64,000 bases of DNA from an uncultured Gammaproteobacteria bacterium (GTDB lineage Bacteria; Pseudomonadota; Gammaproteobacteria; CAWCPV01), in contig CAWCPV010000002.1 in NCBI GenBank assembly GCA_963797555.1, positions 96,001 to 160,000 of the forward strand. Direction: 5' to 3'. Position 1 is the stretch's first letter. Every line of letters starts with the position of its first letter. The notes beneath the pieces are model-generated. The model did no database searches. It had not been told where the DNA came from and saw only the letters and a list, made by a program, of their open reading frames with translations. Of the stretch, positions 59,955 through 64,000 are shown in pieces. The translations under genes were made by a program, and so were the position numbers.

Positions 59955-60405
59955 GAAGAATCCTCGGTTCTCAGGCTCGATAACACAGCCCAACGACTGG
60001 CACGCGTTAGGTGCAGCCGCGTGGCTAGCTTAGCACGGCCCGGTCCCGCAGAGCGCAGTCGCGAGGCGACGCCCGCCGTGGTGCTGCTGACCGAGCAGGC
60101 GAGTTGGGTGCAGCGCATGTAAAAGGCGCACAGCCCCTCGGCGCGTTCTGCCGGCGGCTGTGCGCCCGCATGGACAAGCCGCGGGCCAACTACCGCCACC
60201 GCCCACAAGCTCGCCAGCATGGTGTACTTCATGATGACCCGTGGCGATGCCTTCGTCGACCAAGGCCAGCAGCGCTACGAAGAACAGCAGCGCCAGCGCA
60301 GCATCGCAGCCCTGAAGCGGCGTGCCGCCGCATTGGGCTTCGAGATCGACCCACTGGGCACGGACTGCATGAGATTCAGCCGCCCTTAGTTCTGTTTCTT
60401 GAGAG
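59955..60405 (+). mobile_element. Internally deleted IS110-family element that appears to retain both ends
   Basis: Remnants EQASWVQRM*KA and LGAFCRRL..TAHKLASMVYFMMTRG..QRYEEQQRQRSIAALKRRAAALG; ends GAAGAATCC and GTTTCTTGAGAG. Confidence 0.7.
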
Positions 60406-60440
60406 CGCGGCCCTTCCGCTGTGCAACGGCGTGCCGAGCG

Positions 60441-60800
60441 CTACGCGGCGTCTCCTTCGGAGCTAGAGGGTGCGAAGGCTGGGGCAGCCTCTGGCATCCC
60501 TATCATCTGCATGCTCTCGGGGCGCGACGTTAACACCGCGCGCTGCAACACTTCGCCTTCGCTCTTTGGAATGTTCGCGCATGCGGCGAGGAAGGGAGTT
60601 GGCCCCGGTTGGGCCTGTGCGAGGATGCGATACGTCAATGGTCGGCTAGTGAAGCTGGTGAAATCCGGGACGATGACGGAACGTACGCGGCGGCCCAATA
60701 CCTGCTGAAGCTTCCACAGGAGCGGCGCAAGGATCTGAGCCGGCTCGATGGGCGTGAGGTAAAGGGCCACGCTGTAAATGTCGGCCGACTCGGGGCGGGG
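60441..60800 (-). pseudogene. Possible deleted remnant of a PhnD-like substrate-binding protein
   Basis: YLTPIEPAQILAPLLWKLQQVLGRRVRSVIVPDF resembles the PhnD N-terminus but is far too short. Confidence 0.3.
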
Positions 60801-61272
60801 TGCGTCCTCTGAACAGCGCTCTGGCGTGGAACCGATGTCGGACGAGACGAGTAGAGTCGCCCCTGACAACAACCACCCTGCGGTAACGCTGCCGGGAAGG
60901 CACCCCCCGAGCACAAGCCAGGACCGGGTATACTGCAGAGCTGGTTCAGCCCTGTCCGCGGCCACACCCCCTTCCGTGGGCGCGTGTTGGAGCGTAACTT
61001 TGGCCACACCGCAGCTCCGAACGGCGTGCGTCAACCCGCTGGCGGGCCAACTAAGGGGGCCGCGCGTTGGGGTGCAGGCCGGTCACGGCGTCCCGGCTGC
61101 ACAGCGGGTTCTTGTTCGTTGACGCGGGTGGCCAATTTCTCAATAATGCACCGGTCCGACGACCAGGCATCGTCGGCTTGGCCATTTTGTCGGATAGACA
61201 GAGTCGTTTCGAAGCGTGAGACAAAGTGGAACCCTGACTAATTGCTAAGAAAACCGCGAAAGGAGTCCAGAC

Positions 61273-61947
61273 ATGAAATTGCGTATGTTATTTGCTGCAA
61301 CCACGCTGCTCGCAGCGAGCCCACTAATCCTGGCTGCTGAAACCGGCGCTGCTCCATCGGAGAAGAAGGGAGTGGAGCAGGTGCAGCCGGCACCCTCCGC
61401 TAACGAGCTATCCCAGAGCGGCCAAGCTGGCGCCGCGGGCCAGGGCGCGATGGGCGGCCCTGGCGGCATGGGCGGCGGCCCCGGCGGTATGGGCGGGTAT
61501 CCCGGCATGGGCGGCCCCGGCGGCATGGGTGGCTATCCCGGCATGGGTGGCCCTGGCGGCATGGGTGGTCCCGGCGGTATGGGCGGGTATCCCGGCATGG
61601 GCGGCCCTGGCGGCATGGGTGGTGGCCCCGGCGGTATGGGCGGGTATCCCGGCATGGGCGGCCCCGGCGGCATGGGTGGCTATCCCGGCATGGGTGGCCC
61701 TGGCGGCATGGGCGGTGGCCCCGGCGGTATGGGCGGGTATCCCGGCATGGGTGGTCCGGAGGGAATGGGCGGTGGTCCCGGCATGGGCGGCCCCGGCGGC
61801 ATGGGCGGTGGAATGTCCGAGCTAGAAGGCCGACTGGAGATGCTCCAGTCGCTCGTCGAGCAGATGGACAAGCGGCTGGACCTGCTGCAGCACCTCATAG
61901 CTCCCTCCGAGCACGAGGTTGAAAAGAAGGAGGAGGAGAAGAAATAG
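61273..61947 (+). CDS. Secreted Gly/Met/Pro/Tyr repeat protein with C-terminal coiled coil
   Basis: AAGGAG RBS, signal peptide, ~120 aa of GGPGGM/GGYPGM repeats, LEGRLEMLQSLVEQMDKRLDLL heptads. Confidence 0.85.
   Translation: MKLRMLFAATTLLAASPLILAAETGAAPSEKKGVEQVQPAPSANELSQSGQAGAAGQGAMGGPGGMGGGPGGMGGYPGMGGPGGMGGYPGMGGPGGMGGPGGMGGYPGMGGPGGMGGGPGGMGGYPGMGGPGGMGGYPGMGGPGGMGGGPGGMGGYPGMGGPEGMGGGPGMGGPGGMGGGMSELEGRLEMLQSLVEQMDKRLDLLQHLIAPSEHEVEKKEEEKK
61450..61812 (+). repeat. Coding tandem repeat array (15-21 bp units, 147-bp higher-order period)
   Basis: Segment starting at 61453 recurs at 61600; six YPGM units. Confidence 0.9.
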
Positions 61948-62031
61948 CGTTTTCCGCCGGAGCGTTCGAAGCCCGGCGTTGAGGCACGGCACGGTGCGCG
62001 CGGGCTGTCCCGCGCGCACCGCTTTGAGGTC

Positions 62032-62583
62032 ATGCAGATCGTTGAAGGCTGGGTCCGGGAGGCCGCGCGCCGGCCGTCGCCCAATCGCGATGCCCGCCCG
62101 TTAGGCGCGGTTATCGACCTCCTCGTGGTGCACGGCATCAGTCTCCCGCCCGGGGAGTATGGCGGGCCGTGGATCGACGCCTTGTTCACGAATTCCCTGG
62201 ATGCGGAAGCTCATCCGTATTTTCGCGGGATCGCGGGTCTTAGGGTTTCGGCTCACACCCTAATTCGGCGCGGCGGCGACATCGTCCAATACGTCCCGTT
62301 CCACTTGCGCGCCTGGCACGCGGGGGAATCCTGCTTTGCCGGCAGGCCCGGCTGCAACGACTACAGCATCGGCTTGGAGCTAGAGGGTACCGACCTGGAG
62401 CCATACACCGACGGGCAGTACACGCAGCTCGCAGAGCTGGCACGTGCCCTGCGGAGGATCTATCCCGCCATCACACGCGATCGCATCGTAGGCCATAGCG
62501 ATATCGCACCGGGGCGCAAGACCGACCCTGGCCCGGCCTTCGTGTGGGGCAGGCTGTGGGCGCTGCTGGGCGAGCCGCCGTGA
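62032..62583 (+). CDS. ampD: 1,6-anhydro-N-acetylmuramyl-L-alanine amidase
   Basis: HGISLPPG, VSAH, AWHAG, IGLELEG, GHSDIAPGRKTDPG. Confidence 0.96.
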   Translation: MQIVEGWVREAARRPSPNRDARPLGAVIDLLVVHGISLPPGEYGGPWIDALFTNSLDAEAHPYFRGIAGLRVSAHTLIRRGGDIVQYVPFHLRAWHAGESCFAGRPGCNDYSIGLELEGTDLEPYTDGQYTQLAELARALRRIYPAITRDRIVGHSDIAPGRKTDPGPAFVWGRLWALLGEPP

Positions 62584-63473
62584 CGCTGTTGGCGATCATC
62601 CTGGCGCTGGCGGGTCAAGAGTTGCTGGGCGACCTCCATGAGCATCGCAGCTTCGCCGCCTACCAGCGGTGGGTTCAGAATCTGCACAGGCGTTTTCGCT
62701 CCTGGCCCTGGGACGGCCCGCTCGGCGTCGGCCTGGCCCTGTTCCTGCCCGCGTTCCTGGTCGCTGTCCTCCACGGACTGTTGGCGAGGCTGTTCCCGCC
62801 GCTAGCCATCGTGTTCGACGCCTTTGTCTTGCTATACTGCTTCGGCCCTAGGAGTCTCGTCGATGATCTGCAGCATTTCTCCGAGCTGCGGACGCGCCAG
62901 GACGACGACGGTGCCCGACGCCTGGCAACGGAGCTTGGTGGCCTGCCGGGGGAGTCGCACGGTGACACGGCTCAGTCAGTCCTGCGGCAGATCCCGGTAC
63001 AGGGCAATCGCCGGGTGCTGGCCGTGCTGTTTTGGTTCGGTCTGTTAGGCCCGCTGGTCGGCCCTTTCGCCGTCGTGCTCTATCGGCTGACGGAGCGCGC
63101 CTGCGACGCGCTGCAGGTACCAAGCGCCGAGGACGTGGATTTCGCCGGCTCCGCATTGCGCCTCTACGCACTTCTCGATTGGCTGCCGGCGCGCGCCGCG
63201 GCGCTGACCTACGCCCTGGCCGGAAACTACCGGGGGGTGCGTACGCGACTTGCCAAGCGACCCGATCTGTGGTCGCGTATCAGCTTGGTCGGAAACGCTG
63301 AGCTGTTGGCGGCGGCTGGCGAGGGGGCCCTGGGACAAGGATATCCGGCGGCGCCCGTGAACGCCGGGATGTTCCAGCAGCAAGTCGATGAGGCTTTGGG
63401 TTTGGTGCGCCGGACGATGTGGGTATGGGTCGCGCTGGTCGTCACCGCAACCCTGGGCCACTTGCTCGTGTAG
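62580..63473 (+). CDS. ampE: AmpE/CobD-like membrane protein
   Basis: GTGA overlap with ampD; LLYCFGPR, VLFWF, LDWLPAR..YALAGN. Confidence 0.75.
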   Translation: MTLLAIILALAGQELLGDLHEHRSFAAYQRWVQNLHRRFRSWPWDGPLGVGLALFLPAFLVAVLHGLLARLFPPLAIVFDAFVLLYCFGPRSLVDDLQHFSELRTRQDDDGARRLATELGGLPGESHGDTAQSVLRQIPVQGNRRVLAVLFWFGLLGPLVGPFAVVLYRLTERACDALQVPSAEDVDFAGSALRLYALLDWLPARAAALTYALAGNYRGVRTRLAKRPDLWSRISLVGNAELLAAAGEGALGQGYPAAPVNAGMFQQQVDEALGLVRRTMWVWVALVVTATLGHLLV

Positions 63474-63516
63474 GCCGGGGCGCGGCAGTGAGCGAGGTCC
63501 ACGTCCGGGGCGTGGC

Positions 63517-64000
63517 GTGACTACCGCCGTTCTCGGGGTGATGACCGCGCTCTGGTCCCTGGGCGCATGGGCCATCGACGTGGTCGACGACCGGGGGCGA
63601 AATGTCCACCTGGATCGACCCGCCAGCCGCATCGTCACGCTCGCCCCCCACCTCGCGGAGCTGGTGCACGCCGCTGGAGGCGGGGCTCGCCTGGTCGGAG
63701 TCGTCGAGTATTCCGATTTTCCGCCCAGCGCGAGGAAGTTGCCCCGTGTGGGAAATGCGTCGGGCATCGACTTGGAGGGGGTCCTCGCCCTGCGACCCGA
63801 CCTGGTGGCTGCGTGGAGAAGCGGTAATGATCCCCGTACCGTTCAGCGTCTCGAGCAGTTGGGCCTTACCGTGTATGTCACCGAGCCAGCGGGACCCGAG
63901 GATGTTGCACGCCACCTGAGGCAGCTCGGCCGCCTCATGGGGACGGACGTGGTCGCCGAGAAAGCGGCAAGGGACCTTCTGGGGAGCCTGCAGGGGTTGC
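63517..64000 (+). CDS. Cobalamin/iron ABC periplasmic binding protein (BtuF-like), runs off the window end
   Basis: VVDDRGRNVHLDRPASRIVTLAPHLAELV, GVVEYSDFP, DLEGVLALRPDLV. Confidence 0.85.
   Translation, partial: MTTAVLGVMTALWSLGAWAIDVVDDRGRNVHLDRPASRIVTLAPHLAELVHAAGGGARLVGVVEYSDFPPSARKLPRVGNASGIDLEGVLALRPDLVAAWRSGNDPRTVQRLEQLGLTVYVTEPAGPEDVARHLRQLGRLMGTDVVAEKAARDLLGSLQGL

Noticed and set aside
61450-61812. Repeat array as a CRISPR
   Set aside because: No unique spacers; units are in-frame codon repeats inside an ORF with RBS and signal peptide; no cas genes in the window

Overview
This 64-kb, high-GC window looks gammaproteobacterial and has three parts. (1) 1-21.3 kb: metabolic and transport genes, two of them cleanly disrupted by IS insertions at CTAG (IS630 in an F420-reductase-like oxidoreductase, IS1634 in a glutaminase-STAS-cNMP gene), an RND efflux operon whose outer-membrane gene 3' end is duplicated around a DUF3302-HlyD insert, a K+ channel with a TVGGG filter, and aroE. 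(2) 21.3-34.8 kb: a mobile-element-dense island with an IS91 remnant, IS21 inside a beta-barrel gene, a RAYT/TnpA-REP unit with terminal inverted repeats plus an internally deleted copy, integron-type cassettes (attC sites, no integrase) including RES + GIY-YIG, a second IS630, and an IS66-family element carrying a convergent DUF4338 passenger. (3) 34.8-64 kb: a sigma54-controlled operon (KamA-type aminomutase, two Ddl-like ATP-grasp ligases, GNAT-deacetylase fusion, GNAT) downstream of a sigma54 response regulator and a pore-less tandem voltage-sensor-like protein, followed by core genes (gor, prlC, xth, thiSG, trmB, ttcA-like, hemW, pnt, ampD, ampE-like, btuF-like) and a secreted Gly/Met/Pro/Tyr repeat protein. 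The best candidate for an undescribed system is the voltage-sensor/sigma54/KamA-ATP-grasp-acetylation module at 34.8-43.3 kb. About eleven isolated 1-bp frameshifts suggest assembly indel errors. All family calls come from motif recognition by eye, not database searches.
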